A DNA stretch of 63,939 nucleotides, counting the filler, from Barthelona sp. PAP020 (lineage: Eukaryota), in NCBI GenBank assembly GCA_040182905.1. It is 3 parts of 3 records of this genome, joined end to end, with 100 filler letters (N's around TTAATTAATTAA, not from the genome) between each part and the next. Parts side by side here need not be neighbours in the genome. Positions count along the whole stretch, not along the records: positions 1 to 24,696 come from JARQWU010000151.1; 2 more parts are not named here. One strand, written 5' to 3'. The notes under the pieces were generated by a model. That model was not told where the DNA came from, made no database searches, and was given only the letters and a program-made list of their open reading frames with translations. Positions 1 through 12,900 of this stretch are shown piece after piece (within the stretch, counting starts at the first letter, position 1; each line of letters opens with the position of its first letter). A program made the translations under genes and the position numbers.

Positions 1-182
1 TCATGCTCAATGAACGGAATTTATTGGAGATATAAAGAGGTCATCAAATATCACTTCCTTTATTTGTTGTTTCTTGACCACCTTTAGGTCCAATTTTTTT
101 AAGATATTTGGGCATCTGAATCCACGTGAGTTTTTCCCAAACCTTAAGCTAGTTCGTTTCGTTGTTCACTGAACAGCTCATA

Positions 183-478
183 CCTCATAAATATCTAATA
201 ATAATGGGCATTCTTCATTATTTGTCAGTTGTCATCAAGGTTCTTGATATTACCAAGATGCTCTTGGACCATGGGGTGGATATTAATTATGTGTGAATAA
301 TGGGGCTTCTCCATTGTACACTAGTTGTGAAAAAGGTCATCTTGACATAGTCAAACTTCTATTGGATCATGGAGCCAAAGTAAATCTCAAATTCCAACAA
401 AGCAAAACATCAATAGATGTTGCTAGAACCGAAAGTCATTCCGAAATTGTACAACTTCTTCAGCCACACTACAATTGA
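183..478 (+). pseudogene. Ankyrin-repeat gene fragment, frameshifted
   Basis: ORF 293-478 reads NNGASPLYTSCEKGHLDIVKLLLDHGAKVN (ankyrin consensus). Upstream sequence in other frames gives NNNGHSSLFVSCHQG / LDITKMLLDHGVDINY, a previous ankyrin repeat broken by frameshifts. No ATG start. Confidence 0.75.
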
Positions 479-1301
479 TCCAATGCTTCAACTTCATGAC
501 AAACTTTACCTCACAAAATACTATCTTATAGGTATATTATCATACAATAACGATGATTTTAGGATCTGATCCAGTTTAAGCAATTAATTCATATTTTATA
601 TTTTACAGCTGTGTGAATGAATGCCATGAGTCATCTTTTCTGTTTTTAAGCATTTGTATATTTTGTCACATTTTGTAAGCATAAATAAAATAATAATCCT
701 GTTTATTCATCAAAAGATATTGTATCTGTGAAATACCAAGAAAAAATACAGCATTGGTATAACTCTTTTGTGGGCATGATTTTGTGGAAACATTAAAATT
801 TTGTTTTCCCAAAGTTCAAATTATGGATCAGAAATCCGTCTCTTTTGCTTGCAAAACCTTCAAAATATAAGTTAATTATTCCTTCATTTTACACTCATTT
901 TTGGTTGAGATTTCCCTAAATAAGTTTTGTGAGTTTGCTGTTTATCTCTTAAAAATAAGTATTTTTGGCACAATTTGACTAATTTCTCTTTTTACACTTT
1001 GAAACCTTGAGTAAGCAGGTTTTTTCATAAAGATATATGGACAAAAATAAACTTTTCACAAGAAGGATGTTCAATTAAAAAATTTGGACATCTCACTTTT
1101 TTGAAAGGTCAAAACCAAATGAAATTAACTATATCTCTCTGTTTGCAATTTTTCTATCCTGAAAAATCCAAAATTGTGTCCCCAATAAATTATTTTTTGA
1201 TGAATAAACATTGTGAGCTTTTAAACTCTTATGTTCATTGGACAAAATCCAAGGATACTATCTTAACAATATAAAATACTTATTTACATTTATTTACACA
1301 A

Positions 1302-4300
1302 TCATCCATCCAATTCAATAGTATTACACAATTCAATTGCAGCCAATAGTTTCTCTTTCAATTCAAGCTTAGTTTTGTATGCAGGCAATAGCAATAATTG
1401 AATGCAAGTGTGGGCTTCAGGAAATAATGTATGTCCAAAAGGGGCAGGTTCAATTAATAAAGGAGTTCTTTCAGAAGGTGCTAATCTTGAACTGCCAGAC
1501 ACAAATCTCCAGAATAGAATTCTTTGTTCGGCAGACCATTCTTCCAAAACTTCCCAAAGCCACACAACAGGTTCAGAATTTTTGGTGTAATTTCTGTACT
1601 CTGCTATTGATTGGAGATGCGATATTGAAATGTCAGCACCACCGCATATCATACCACCAATTTGATCAGCTTCCAAAGCAACAAAGAACAAAAATGGTGC
1701 CACTTCAACAAAAGACTCCTTAATTATTGCTATCGTCTCATAATATGGTTTCAAAAATGTGTCTATTTGATCCCTTATTAAATTTCTATCATTGATCTTA
1801 CTTAAGGTGTTGTAAAACACAAGATCTATAGATTTGATATCTGCCAATTGAATGTTCCGCTTTCCATCAAATATTAACCAAAATACTTTATTAAGTGTCA
1901 ATGGTACAAGCTTTTGACTGAAAAAAGCACTGGCAAAGAAATAACCCAATATTTTAAAATGGTCCTTTGTATGATAATCAGTCACAGGCATTAATGTGCT
2001 GTCTGCCATTGGTGTGAACATCTCTTCGTCAATTCTTTGGAACAATGAAGTAAATAGATCATGGAATGGCCCTCCCAAATCATATGCTTGTTCATTAACT
2101 AAAGAAACTCTGAAGGGCCGACTGGAATTTCTCCAGTCAATTACAGATATTTTCGGCAATTGCTCAAACATCTGCTGAATTAATCGATTTTCATCAAATC
2201 TATTGAATCTGAGAATGGGAACATTCGAAGTGGTCTGTAAAGGTACAGTTTCATTGTGAATGAGGATCGTTTTTGTGTATCTATTCATGTACTTTCCAAT
2301 ATACAATGCAGTAGTCATTTGTTTAGCAGCACCAGCCTTTTCAGGAGCTAAACTGAATGGTGCTGATAATGTCAATAACAAAGAGCAAAGGTCTAACGAT
2401 AATAACATCTCCAAAGTACATTGCATCACCTCTATATCGGTTGAAATGTCAAAATCTAGGTTAAAATCTTCTACCTTACAAATACACTCAACAGTTGACA
2501 TTTTATCTGTGCCAATTATAGACTGAGAACGTTCTTTTCTCGGAATAAACGTTAGAAGATAAGGTTGCACGTTATAATTTTCGGTAAGCTTATTAATGGT
2601 TTTTTTCAATGAGACTAAAACTTTTTTATCGTGCAACAACGAACAAGCTTGTCTTTCGATTCTTTCATCAAAATAACATGATCTCCTATTAGAATAAATT
2701 GGCACAACGGTAAAATCAACAGTAGTATTTAAAGATTTGCTAATATAACAGTGCGTTCCTTCTACAAAAAAATATCGTGAAGTTACGATTATTTGAGGTG
2801 AATAACGATGTCGCTGAATGGATAAATCACCAACATGTCCTTCAATGAGAATAATAAATCCAGTAACCCCACTATTGAAAGATATTGTGCATTTACTTAT
2901 GTCTTCACCCAAATGAAATGCTTCTACATCACGTGAAAAGATATATGGACTACCAATACTACAGTTGAATTTGTTGTAATAGTCAAACAATGCACCAAGG
3001 AAATTAAAAACAGAATATATACCATTGCAAGTTCCAATATCAACCAATCCATATAAACAACTTAGTGTGGCAGAAAAATAATTTGCTGTAAGCTCATATA
3101 TACCATTTCCAAATATTGGTATTTGTGCAATTAATTTTTTGTTTAAAGTCTTGACTATATTGTTTAAGACTGATGCTTTTTCATTTATGACACCGGAACA
3201 AACACCATAAGAACTAAAGAAAACAGTTCTAAATATTAAGGAAAGTTTTGTATCATCAGGAACGGTGCCTTTTTGTCCTAATAATCTCGAAAACAATTGA
3301 GACTTCAAAATTTGGAACAAGGTATCCAAAACACCAATTGATCCTTGATTATCTACAATGTCATCATGAATATCTTCGTTTTCATAGTCCTTTATCATAT
3401 AATTGTTTGGATTGAGAAAATTTTGGGTAGACAGTAGTTGAGAATCAAGACTTATATCAATTTCCTGTTCTTTACTGATGAAAACATTTGATTCTTTTTT
3501 TGGCTTAACTAGAGCCAAATACCCCATTACTTCCATGCAAAAGATTCCAAACTTCGTTTTAAGTACTGAAAAATTACAACTGACAGGAAGAACCGTCAAA
3601 ATCCATCCAAAACATGAAGGAGATCTTGTTGGTGTCCAACGAACAGTAAAGACAGGTTGTTCAACTCTAAATGTCTCAGGCCATGGTTCAACACCACAGA
3701 ATTGAGCAATGGTATCTCCGTTCGGAGACACAAAAGATAACACATCTAAATTTCCAGTTTGGCATCTGGGATCAAATAAGACAACATACCCATCACTGTT
3801 CGGTATAGATATTGTGTGAGTAGTTGTCTTTCCAGCTAAGTATGGATGCTTTGATTCAAATCTATGCAATTGTAATGGACTAGAAAACCCATTGAATAAG
3901 GATTCATTGATCTGATCAGACAAGAAATTATTGAAAGAACAATCGTTTGCCTTCAAGAGTGATAAGAGTGCCTTTCTTTCAGCAGTAAATAAACTGGGTT
4001 GACTGTGCCAAATCCAATTAGGCGCCCAACAATGTTTCAAGAGTCTTTTTGAAAAACTAGCTTGAATGACAGATAAAGCATCTGCAAAATCAATAGACAC
4101 ATCAGGGTCAATGACACTGTTCATCAACCAATTGGTTGACATATGCTTGATTCCACATGAAAGATGACGAATTAGTCTGAGAGTGTTGACGTAAAACCCT
4201 CCACGTTGCTCAGCCAAAGGAAAACAAGTATGATAAACCAACGGATATCGTATCATAAAAGCTCTTGCAGCTGAACGTTGAGGGAGGGGAAATTCATGTT

Positions 4301-7300
4301 GGATATTTTCTTCAATTTTATATTTCCAATATGAAAAAGAAACACGTTGGGAATTGAATATCCAACCATTCTTTAAGAAGGAGAATACTTTCGGTTTGTC
4401 ATCTTCATATTCAATTACACCATTGTCATCATCACTCCACGGTTTGATTGATTTGAGTTCATCAAAAGCACATTCAACTGGTAATTCAATAATTTTTCCC
4501 ATTTTTGAAACACACAAAGAAAACCATATGGCTGAAGAAATAGCATTATTGACAGCAGTCATATCATTTAACACCACAGGTGACAAGGGCATGTAAATTT
4601 GTCGATCTAGTGCTAATTCTAACAAACAAGTGTTCTTAATTTGTTTTTGAGGAATGATGGAAGATTGAAGTGATGGAAAAGACAGGCAAAATTTCATTAA
4701 TTGAAATCTACACATTAAGAATATTGTAGAAACAGATAAACTGTCAGGAGAATGCTCCACAACTAATGGCAAATTTTCTTCTTCTTCATGACTAAATTTG
4801 ACATCAAGACCAGGTACTTTTTGTAACATGATACGTAAACCAGCATTGAAACCAAGCTTACAAAATTCATCTTGAGTAATAACAGGTGTTGGTCTCCAGT
4901 TTATGTCTTTGACGTAAGAAAATTTTTTCTTCTTTTGTGAATATACTGTATAACCCACTCCGTCCATATCAACAATGACCATATTTTCACCATTTTCTTT
5001 GAATGACATCCCAGGTGTTAAAGGCAACAGTCCACCAATAAAGATCTCTAAAATTGCTAAAACTGAGAATAATGTATTTGAAAATGAGCCTACTGATCTT
5101 AAATCTCTCATTGAAGTAAAACTTGATCTCCTGAACATTCTAGAAATGAAAGAATTTTCCATTTGTTTGGAAACATTGAATTTCTCGATGAATCCATTTG
5201 CAAGAGAATCAACAGTACGTTTAAATAACATTTTCCAACTAAATGTTGATAATCTAGCAGCACACAAAGATAAAACTAAATTTCGATCAAAACTTAACAT
5301 TTTTCTGATAGTTGAAATACTTGATTGTGCTAATGTCATTAAAGTTACAGCCCAACCTGTTTGAAAAGATAAATTGGTCTTTTCACACAATACAATGTTA
5401 GACTTGGGATTTAATTGAGTAATATAAAAAAAAGCAAAAGTAATTTGGTCAAACAATTGATGAAATAACATTCTTTGAGATAAAGATTTCAAAGCCTTAT
5501 CTAAAGCACGAAAAAATATGACGGTAGTTATGGGAGGGATTTCTGACAATTTTGAAAAGGATGAAATGAGCAAATTATTGACTTTATGCGATTCATTATT
5601 TAAAACTCTTAACATTGCCAAAGCCAATCGATGTACTCTTGGATGAAATCGTAACGGATGAGTAGAAACAGGCAGTTTTGCTGATAATTTTGGAGAAGCC
5701 AAACTTACAAGTTTAGATACAGTTTGATCAATATTTAATAAACTATAATCTACTCTTAAATTATAAGAAACCAAATCAAAAATATGTGTCCCATAAATTT
5801 TAGGTAATCTTGACAAATTCAATTCGAATATCATCATCGTTAAAGGATCATCTAAATTATTTAAACAAGTGTTATGAATCATCAATAAGCAATTTTTAGA
5901 TAAATCCTGCAAATTTGTACATATAATACCATTAGCAGAATTAGAAAGATGATCTCCACAATTACTTAACAAAACAAGTTTAGCAGCAAAACTATTGCGT
6001 TTTTCAAAAGCTTCACTTGCTGCATGACAAAATTTTATCAAAGCATTTGATAAATTTTGATTTTTTATCAAGAATTCAAAAAGGGATGATTTTTCTGAAA
6101 TCAAACGAGTAATATTGTATATTAACCAATCATTAAAACCATCAAAATGTTCATCTTTCATGATCTTAATCAAAAAGTTAAAAACCAATTCAAATTGTTT
6201 GTATTCCATTTGTTGTATCTTTAATTGTTTGGCAATTTCATCTTTATTTAATTGATCAAAACATAAATCAATCAATTTATTTTTGGTAACATTAGAATCT
6301 AATTTAGGAATGGATAATAATATTTTACAATTATTGATAACTAATTTATAAGTTAAATCATAAGCAGGACGTTTATTTGAAGATAATTTTCGAGCAACTT
6401 CCATGAATTTCCATTCCAATCCTTTGATTTCTGAATCTTTTGGGAAAAAATATCTAACAACAATTGAAATACTATGAACTATCCCTTTAAAAACCTTTTG
6501 AGCTGATTTATTCAACATATTTGTAGTATATAAATCAATATTTGCTGGAACCTGTTCCAATTGATCAATTAATTGAGTAGGAATTGATTTTTCTAAATCT
6601 AATTTAGCAAATGAATGTATATGTGATCTATTTAAATTTAAAACACTAAATAATACATAAGATAAAGTTTCAGCCAATAATTTAAGATATGATAATTGTT
6701 TATTTGATATTTTTTTAAAAGATACAGTAAAATATATGTTAGAATTATCAGACATATCATTTATTGTCTCATTAGCATCTTTGTTATTATTACTGGAAAT
6801 CTGTTCAAATGCTTGATTTAAATCAAAATATAATTCAGTAATATCTACATGATCTAACTTTCCAGTAAACTTTTCAGTTAAAGCTGAATCAATGTACATA
6901 TCAATCAAATTATCATCAAATTCAAATTGAATAGACTCAATATACCAAGACTCATAATGAATTTTTTGAATGTTTTGAACTTTTTGATTCTTTTCATTCG
7001 AAACTTTCATTTTTTTTTGATTCAAATTATACTCCTTTATAAAACAACCATATTTTTTATTGAAATAGATAACATAATCTGGAATCATTTTTGTAATTAT
7101 TTCAACCAAATCAAGTAATTCAAAGCATCTTAAAATATCTTCTTGTTTGATAGAACATAAGAAAATTAAAAAAATCAAGAAAGGCGAACAAATCAATTCT
7201 CGACCATCAGTTACCTTTATTTCATCAATGGTTAAATTCATCAATCTTAATAAAACTTTTGATAATTCAACAGGCTTATCAGGATGTTGAAATTTAGAAT

Positions 7301-9755
7301 GATATCTAGCACACAATTCAGAAATAATAGTACTGATTGTGCTAAAATTAGAATCTGTAGAGACAGCAATCCCAAATACACGATCAACTCGATCTAAATC
7401 AAAGTTATCCCCAAATCCAATTGCTAAACAAGAAACTCCAGACATTTCTTTAATCCAACGCATAATAGCCTTTGAAAATGTAACAACTGAAGGTTCTTTC
7501 AATTCTTCACTACTAAATCCTAAGATTAAATTTGATATACTTGTAACATCCTCAAAAAAAGGAAAACACTGTTGAAATGTATTTTGGGCTATACTTTCAA
7601 CCATTCCTACCCATTGTTTATTGTTATTGGTTGGACAAAACTTAACACCATACATTGCTAAAAACCTCAATAAATAGGTAATTGAACTGATTTTTGTTTC
7701 AATTTTAGAATCAAACTCAAGTTTATACACTTGAATTGCTGAAAATGTAGCTTCTATCAATAACATCACCGAAATTGTAATTGGATAATAAAACATTGGA
7801 TCTTCAAGCATTTTTTCCATTGCTTGTTGTAATATCAACTCACTCAAAGAAAAAAAGGCCTCACAAATATGTATTTTAAAAGGAATGAATAAATTATGAT
7901 CTGAACCTCTATTTTCATATTGTGGAAACATACCATTACATTGTCTATCATTAAAAGTCCAGACATTTCTTGCAAATTCAAAACTAAGGTCTGTTATCCC
8001 ATATGCACCAGTACCTTTTTTTTGAAATTCAGAATGCAATAAATCAAAAGGGTTGTGTTGAAAACAATAAAAAGCTCGACCTACACAACTTAATGGTGTA
8101 GGTAATAACTCAATTTGAAAAGTATAACCCTTTTTTATCATTGTATCATCATAATTTGTTGAATGTGGAAATATTTGGGCCCATAATCCAGTTAAAGGAC
8201 AATGTGCACAAGTATTATACCGATTACTCTCCATTTCACTGATGTTTTCAACGGAAAACATTGGTAATTTGTATTTTCCAAATGTTTTTATTCCAATTTG
8301 TTGGGTAGATAGAATTCCAACTTGACATAAAGTCTTTTCTTGACCTTTGTGCAGATGTCTAATCAAAATTTGATGTGTCCCTTGATCTAGTATTGTAAAA
8401 ACCGAAGCTCTGGGACGCCATGTATTAGGTAATATAAATAACTTTACTGGAACAATTAATCCTTCATCATTAAACTCACATGCCAAAGCACTAAAACCTT
8501 CCATATCACTTAATGTTGAAGGCCTGCTCAGAACATACAAATACTGCCCATCAGATATAATGGCTCCTTCAGTGGCATTATCAAGTAATTCTAAAAACGT
8601 GGGTTCAATTAGATTGGTTTGTATCTTGTTATCTGCTGAAATCCCTATTATTTTAGGCATTGGCATTATATGAAACGCTTTAGTAACGCTAACCCACACG
8701 AACAACCAATGGGAGTATTTACAAACACTGCCAGACCACCTACAAATAATATTTTTATACAACTCAACTCTGGCAGTAATTTGTCCAACTGGTTTACGCC
8801 CTAAACCAGTAGATACAAAAGTAATACCTGTATCATCCAAAATAACCAATCTACCACGATCTAGTGCAATAGCAGGCATCCCTGTTGTCTTGCTGATGGT
8901 AAATTCATGAACGCTTGCAATGCCTCTTCTCATCATTAGAAAATCAGACAGATTTTCAGCAATTTTCAGCGAATCTATCTTAACAGCAGCTAATGGGGAG
9001 TAATTAACTTCTTGTTGTAATAAAGATGGGGTTTTGATCATTTTTTCAAGAAGGGCCAAATACCATATGGGGTCTCCCCGTTTTTGAATTAGAGCAAATA
9101 AACTTCCAAGTAAATTAGGGCACTTATCTAATGATTTGAGCAACAATTGAAAGTATCCTTCCCAAGGCTCACCATCAAGTTCACAACTGTTCATTTGTTG
9201 ACAAAGGGCTATCAAATTATCTGATAATTTGATTGCTGATTGAGGAGCAATTTCAAATAATACTTCCAATGATTCGATATGGGTGTACAAGGCTATCAAC
9301 ATTTTTGGATCAGTTTTTTCCTTGGAAAATGAATCTTTTAACAAGTCATCAAAATTGTTGGAAATAGTGTTTTCCTTTAATTGTTTGTCTTTAATGGAAA
9401 TAACTTTAAAAAAATAATTCAACTGTTTTTCCAATGATGAGTTGAACTCTTTTTGTTCTAAAATTGATAAAAGTTCACTATTAAAAAAAGCTTTAAATGT
9501 TTCTTTTTGATTCATTTTTTCTGCATCAAATATAATAGCATTTAGATCTTCATTATTTACAAATAATGAAGAAATTTTATTTTCATCACCTGTTTCATCT
9601 ATTATCAATTCTTCATTAATATTTTCATCATTCTCACTCTCATTGTCGACTTTGTCCTTTATTGAATTAATTGTATTGTTGGGGGTTATTGATTCTAAAA
9701 ATTTTTCGTCAAATAAATGATTCAATTCAAAATGAAACATCTGATTCGATAACAT
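1302..9755 (-). CDS. Giant HECT-domain E3 ubiquitin ligase (HECTD4-like architecture)
   Basis: 2817-aa intronless ORF. C-terminal HECT motifs: EQAYDLGGPFHDLF, WLWEVLEEWSAEQRILFWRFVSGSSRL, and FPEAHTC with the catalytic Cys. An internal FESKHPY...FDPRCQT CUB-like module resembles those in HECTD4/ZZEF1-type proteins. Confidence 0.92.
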   Translation of the reverse strand: MLSNQMFHFELNHLFDEKFLESITPNNTINSIKDKVDNESENDENINEELIIDETGDENKISSLFVNNEDLNAIIFDAEKMNQKETFKAFFNSELLSILEQKEFNSSLEKQLNYFFKVISIKDKQLKENTISNNFDDLLKDSFSKEKTDPKMLIALYTHIESLEVLFEIAPQSAIKLSDNLIALCQQMNSCELDGEPWEGYFQLLLKSLDKCPNLLGSLFALIQKRGDPIWYLALLEKMIKTPSLLQQEVNYSPLAAVKIDSLKIAENLSDFLMMRRGIASVHEFTISKTTGMPAIALDRGRLVILDDTGITFVSTGLGRKPVGQITARVELYKNIICRWSGSVCKYSHWLFVWVSVTKAFHIMPMPKIIGISADNKIQTNLIEPTFLELLDNATEGAIISDGQYLYVLSRPSTLSDMEGFSALACEFNDEGLIVPVKLFILPNTWRPRASVFTILDQGTHQILIRHLHKGQEKTLCQVGILSTQQIGIKTFGKYKLPMFSVENISEMESNRYNTCAHCPLTGLWAQIFPHSTNYDDTMIKKGYTFQIELLPTPLSCVGRAFYCFQHNPFDLLHSEFQKKGTGAYGITDLSFEFARNVWTFNDRQCNGMFPQYENRGSDHNLFIPFKIHICEAFFSLSELILQQAMEKMLEDPMFYYPITISVMLLIEATFSAIQVYKLEFDSKIETKISSITYLLRFLAMYGVKFCPTNNNKQWVGMVESIAQNTFQQCFPFFEDVTSISNLILGFSSEELKEPSVVTFSKAIMRWIKEMSGVSCLAIGFGDNFDLDRVDRVFGIAVSTDSNFSTISTIISELCARYHSKFQHPDKPVELSKVLLRLMNLTIDEIKVTDGRELICSPFLIFLIFLCSIKQEDILRCFELLDLVEIITKMIPDYVIYFNKKYGCFIKEYNLNQKKMKVSNEKNQKVQNIQKIHYESWYIESIQFEFDDNLIDMYIDSALTEKFTGKLDHVDITELYFDLNQAFEQISSNNNKDANETINDMSDNSNIYFTVSFKKISNKQLSYLKLLAETLSYVLFSVLNLNRSHIHSFAKLDLEKSIPTQLIDQLEQVPANIDLYTTNMLNKSAQKVFKGIVHSISIVVRYFFPKDSEIKGLEWKFMEVARKLSSNKRPAYDLTYKLVINNCKILLSIPKLDSNVTKNKLIDLCFDQLNKDEIAKQLKIQQMEYKQFELVFNFLIKIMKDEHFDGFNDWLIYNITRLISEKSSLFEFLIKNQNLSNALIKFCHAASEAFEKRNSFAAKLVLLSNCGDHLSNSANGIICTNLQDLSKNCLLMIHNTCLNNLDDPLTMMIFELNLSRLPKIYGTHIFDLVSYNLRVDYSLLNIDQTVSKLVSLASPKLSAKLPVSTHPLRFHPRVHRLALAMLRVLNNESHKVNNLLISSFSKLSEIPPITTVIFFRALDKALKSLSQRMLFHQLFDQITFAFFYITQLNPKSNIVLCEKTNLSFQTGWAVTLMTLAQSSISTIRKMLSFDRNLVLSLCAARLSTFSWKMLFKRTVDSLANGFIEKFNVSKQMENSFISRMFRRSSFTSMRDLRSVGSFSNTLFSVLAILEIFIGGLLPLTPGMSFKENGENMVIVDMDGVGYTVYSQKKKKFSYVKDINWRPTPVITQDEFCKLGFNAGLRIMLQKVPGLDVKFSHEEEENLPLVVEHSPDSLSVSTIFLMCRFQLMKFCLSFPSLQSSIIPQKQIKNTCLLELALDRQIYMPLSPVVLNDMTAVNNAISSAIWFSLCVSKMGKIIELPVECAFDELKSIKPWSDDDNGVIEYEDDKPKVFSFLKNGWIFNSQRVSFSYWKYKIEENIQHEFPLPQRSAARAFMIRYPLVYHTCFPLAEQRGGFYVNTLRLIRHLSCGIKHMSTNWLMNSVIDPDVSIDFADALSVIQASFSKRLLKHCWAPNWIWHSQPSLFTAERKALLSLLKANDCSFNNFLSDQINESLFNGFSSPLQLHRFESKHPYLAGKTTTHTISIPNSDGYVVLFDPRCQTGNLDVLSFVSPNGDTIAQFCGVEPWPETFRVEQPVFTVRWTPTRSPSCFGWILTVLPVSCNFSVLKTKFGIFCMEVMGYLALVKPKKESNVFISKEQEIDISLDSQLLSTQNFLNPNNYMIKDYENEDIHDDIVDNQGSIGVLDTLFQILKSQLFSRLLGQKGTVPDDTKLSLIFRTVFFSSYGVCSGVINEKASVLNNIVKTLNKKLIAQIPIFGNGIYELTANYFSATLSCLYGLVDIGTCNGIYSVFNFLGALFDYYNKFNCSIGSPYIFSRDVEAFHLGEDISKCTISFNSGVTGFIILIEGHVGDLSIQRHRYSPQIIVTSRYFFVEGTHCYISKSLNTTVDFTVVPIYSNRRSCYFDERIERQACSLLHDKKVLVSLKKTINKLTENYNVQPYLLTFIPRKERSQSIIGTDKMSTVECICKVEDFNLDFDISTDIEVMQCTLEMLLSLDLCSLLLTLSAPFSLAPEKAGAAKQMTTALYIGKYMNRYTKTILIHNETVPLQTTSNVPILRFNRFDENRLIQQMFEQLPKISVIDWRNSSRPFRVSLVNEQAYDLGGPFHDLFTSLFQRIDEEMFTPMADSTLMPVTDYHTKDHFKILGYFFASAFFSQKLVPLTLNKVFWLIFDGKRNIQLADIKSIDLVFYNTLSKINDRNLIRDQIDTFLKPYYETIAIIKESFVEVAPFLFFVALEADQIGGMICGGADISISHLQSIAEYRNYTKNSEPVVWLWEVLEEWSAEQRILFWRFVSGSSRLAPSERTPLLIEPAPFGHTLFPEAHTCIQLLLLPAYKTKLELKEKLLAAIELCNTIELDG

Positions 9756-9907
9756 TTAATGGATAGATATCTCAAATAATCAAATAATTAAAAAAGAGAA
9801 TATCAAAATAATTCTTTCTTTGTATGGATTTCATTTTTCCCCCATCAATTCTTTTTTTTGTTTTGTTTTTCTTTACTTTTTGATTATTATATTTTATTAA
9901 AAATCTC

Positions 9908-12900
9908 ATGTCTTTGGATTATATTAGAGAAACTGTATTTCGAAAACAACAACAAGAAAGTAAGGATTTACAATTTAACACAAAAGATAATTCGTATGCA
10001 AAATGTTTTGATGTTGTTGATCCATTTTTTTTTGTTATTGGATTTTCTAATGGAAATTTATTTATTCAATACAGAAATGAAGCTATTGTTTCGATTGTAA
10101 TTAATTTTTCGGCCATATCTTATGTTAAAGTTTTAACTATAAATGATTATGAATGGATTGTATTTGCTGCACATGAGAATTATTTGAGTATTTTGAAGAT
10201 TTGTTATGTGAATGGGGAGTTACAACATTATTCTTTATTAAATAATAAAGCTCATGCTAATATGATAATAGGAATAACTATTTTAGAAGATTCTGATGAT
10301 CTTTTGAATGAAATTGATGATTTGGTTAATTTCCCTTGTGTTTTTGCTGTTTTATGTGATGCTAGCTATCATCTATACAATTACGATTTGAACTATGAAG
10401 AAAGATTTTCAGAATTGTTTTGTTATGAGTTCCCCAATGAATTTGGTGATGGTACTATTCCTCATTCATTAGTTTTGAATCAATATTGTGTGTGTTTGGT
10501 TTTTCAAACAATGTTATATCATTTTGCTATTAATTCTGAATTAATATTGGATTGGAAGAAAGGAAGTAAAAGAATACCTAATATTCGTACTGTTTGGGAT
10601 GAAGCAGATCGTCTCAGGAAGCATTTTGAATATCCTTTTCTAGCTTGTTCAGGAAGAAATACAATTATTGGTGTGTCGAATAATCGTATTTTTGAATTAG
10701 ATGCTTGTACTGGATTACCTACCAAAAATTCAAAACGTTCTTTGCCTCCTTTGGTTGATCGTTCACATAGAGTTGTTTTTATGCGTTATTTACCGCCATT
10801 TCTTGCATATTTGAGCACTTTCAACAACGAATATTTTTTGTCTGCAATGAATTTGAGAATTCATTCATTGGCTGAACGTGTTCCTGTTGATATTCAACCT
10901 ATAGCTGTTGCAATACCATCAATTACATGGAATTCCAGAGTATACATGTTATCTAAAAGTCAGATTCAAGTTTTTTCTACTGAACCTTTGCAAAGAATTT
11001 TATCAAATATGACCAATGGTGCTGCTGATTATGAAAGAGCGATCACTTTTTTGACACACCTTAAACCTTCTGAATGGGGTGATAATTATTCCAAACAGTT
11101 TGAAAGTCTTTGTACTGCAAGTGCTGAAGAAGCATTAAGGAAGTATAATGTAAGTGCTGCAATTGAAAAGTTACAATTAGCTGGATTGTCTATTTCACAG
11201 ATTTTAATGCGATATTCACCCTTATTAATAATGGAACCTTCTGCTTTTTTAGAGACATTAAGTATGGGAGAAATTTCTGTATTGGACTCAAATGTTAGTC
11301 GAATAAATCCAAGTGATTTAAGTCCTACTTTGAACACAGAACGAAGAAGAAAATCTTCAAGATTGAATGTTGTTGTTGGATTGTTAAATGATGTTGATGA
11401 TATTGATTTAGAAAAGAAGTTAAAAGAAGAAAAAATGGAATTGGAAGAGAATTTAGGTATGATTGAATTAGCGTTGTTTTATTGTAGTTTAATTCCTATA
11501 TTTGCCACTGGGGATACTATATCTGATGAGATCTTACAACCATTTTTACCATTGTTTGATTGGATAAATACTGAAAAGATTGCTGAAATTTTATTATATC
11601 TCAAAAAGTTCAAGCTTTTGCAAGAGTATTTACTGGACAAGAGGGAATTTGCGATTGCATTGGATTTATTTAGCAAATACAAAAGATCTTCTGCATTTAT
11701 TGAAGTTTTTAGAAATATTGAATATTCTGCTGAAATTGAATACTTAATTCAATCACATCTCAATGTATTAATTCAGTTGATTAAACAAGAAAGTTATATT
11801 AACTTTTTCATTGATAATCCTAATTTTTATCTGGCGAATAATCTCCCAGTTGCTAATTTAATTCGACCAATATGTATTGAGTTGTTAAAAGATGATGTTT
11901 TTTCAACAAGTGTTGCCAGTTTATTATTGAAATACCCTTCTATTGGTTCTTTAACCATTTCACAAACCAATGAAATTAATGTAACTACAAATGACGTTGA
12001 TAATTCAACTTCTTCACCTTCTTCAATTTCTTCTACTGTTACCTCTTCATTATCTTCCACCTCCATTAATCCTTCCTTACCAACTTCCAAAGATAATTCT
12101 ACCAGTAATACCAATGAAAAAGACAAACTTATAAATATTTTCATCAAAAAAGAGATCAAATATTTGAAAAATACATTAAATTTTGAAGAAAAGTTTCAAC
12201 AAAAGTTACCTGAGATTTTTGGAGATTATTATGATGAGATTCATTCTATATATCCAGGCAGTATCTATAATGAGACTGAAAATGCCATTAGATATCATTA
12301 TTTGTTTAATATTCTCGTTAAATTGAATAATTATGATGGAAATGAGATATTACAATTGTTGGGTGATGACGTTAGGTTTATCTTTTGTAAAGCTGCTGTT
12401 ATTTATGTGCGACATGGAAATCTGCTGGATGCTTTTAAGTTATTGATAGATCATAACATTTTAGTTGGTGCTTATTTGTTTGCTAAACATATGGAAGAGA
12501 ATAAAAACATTGATAATGCAATTATTTCTCTATTGGGAGTATTATTCAAAAAGAATAATGAATTGTGTGCAAAAATAGGTATTGATATTGTGCAGCATGA
12601 GAAAAATAATTTGAATTTGCTTGATCTTCTGGAGATTTTACCTGACACTATTGGTTTGGGATTTTTAAATTTGAAAGAACATTTTTCTGAATTGATTGAT
12701 GTGAAGAATAAGTTCATTCAAGAACAATCATTGTATAAAGCTACCATTAACAGTTTACAACTTCAAATACATAAAAAAAAAACGGAAACTGGTTTTGTTA
12801 TAAAACCAGGTACAAAATGTTCAAGATGTAAAAAAGATATTGGTGCAACTCATTGGCGTTTTGTGAATGGTATGTATGTACATTCTGTTTGTTACTCAAC

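Noticed and set aside
1379..7575. Numerous short ORFs antisense to or overlapping long genes (here and throughout)
   Set aside because: Shadow ORFs of real genes; no independent motifs, mostly non-ATG starts.
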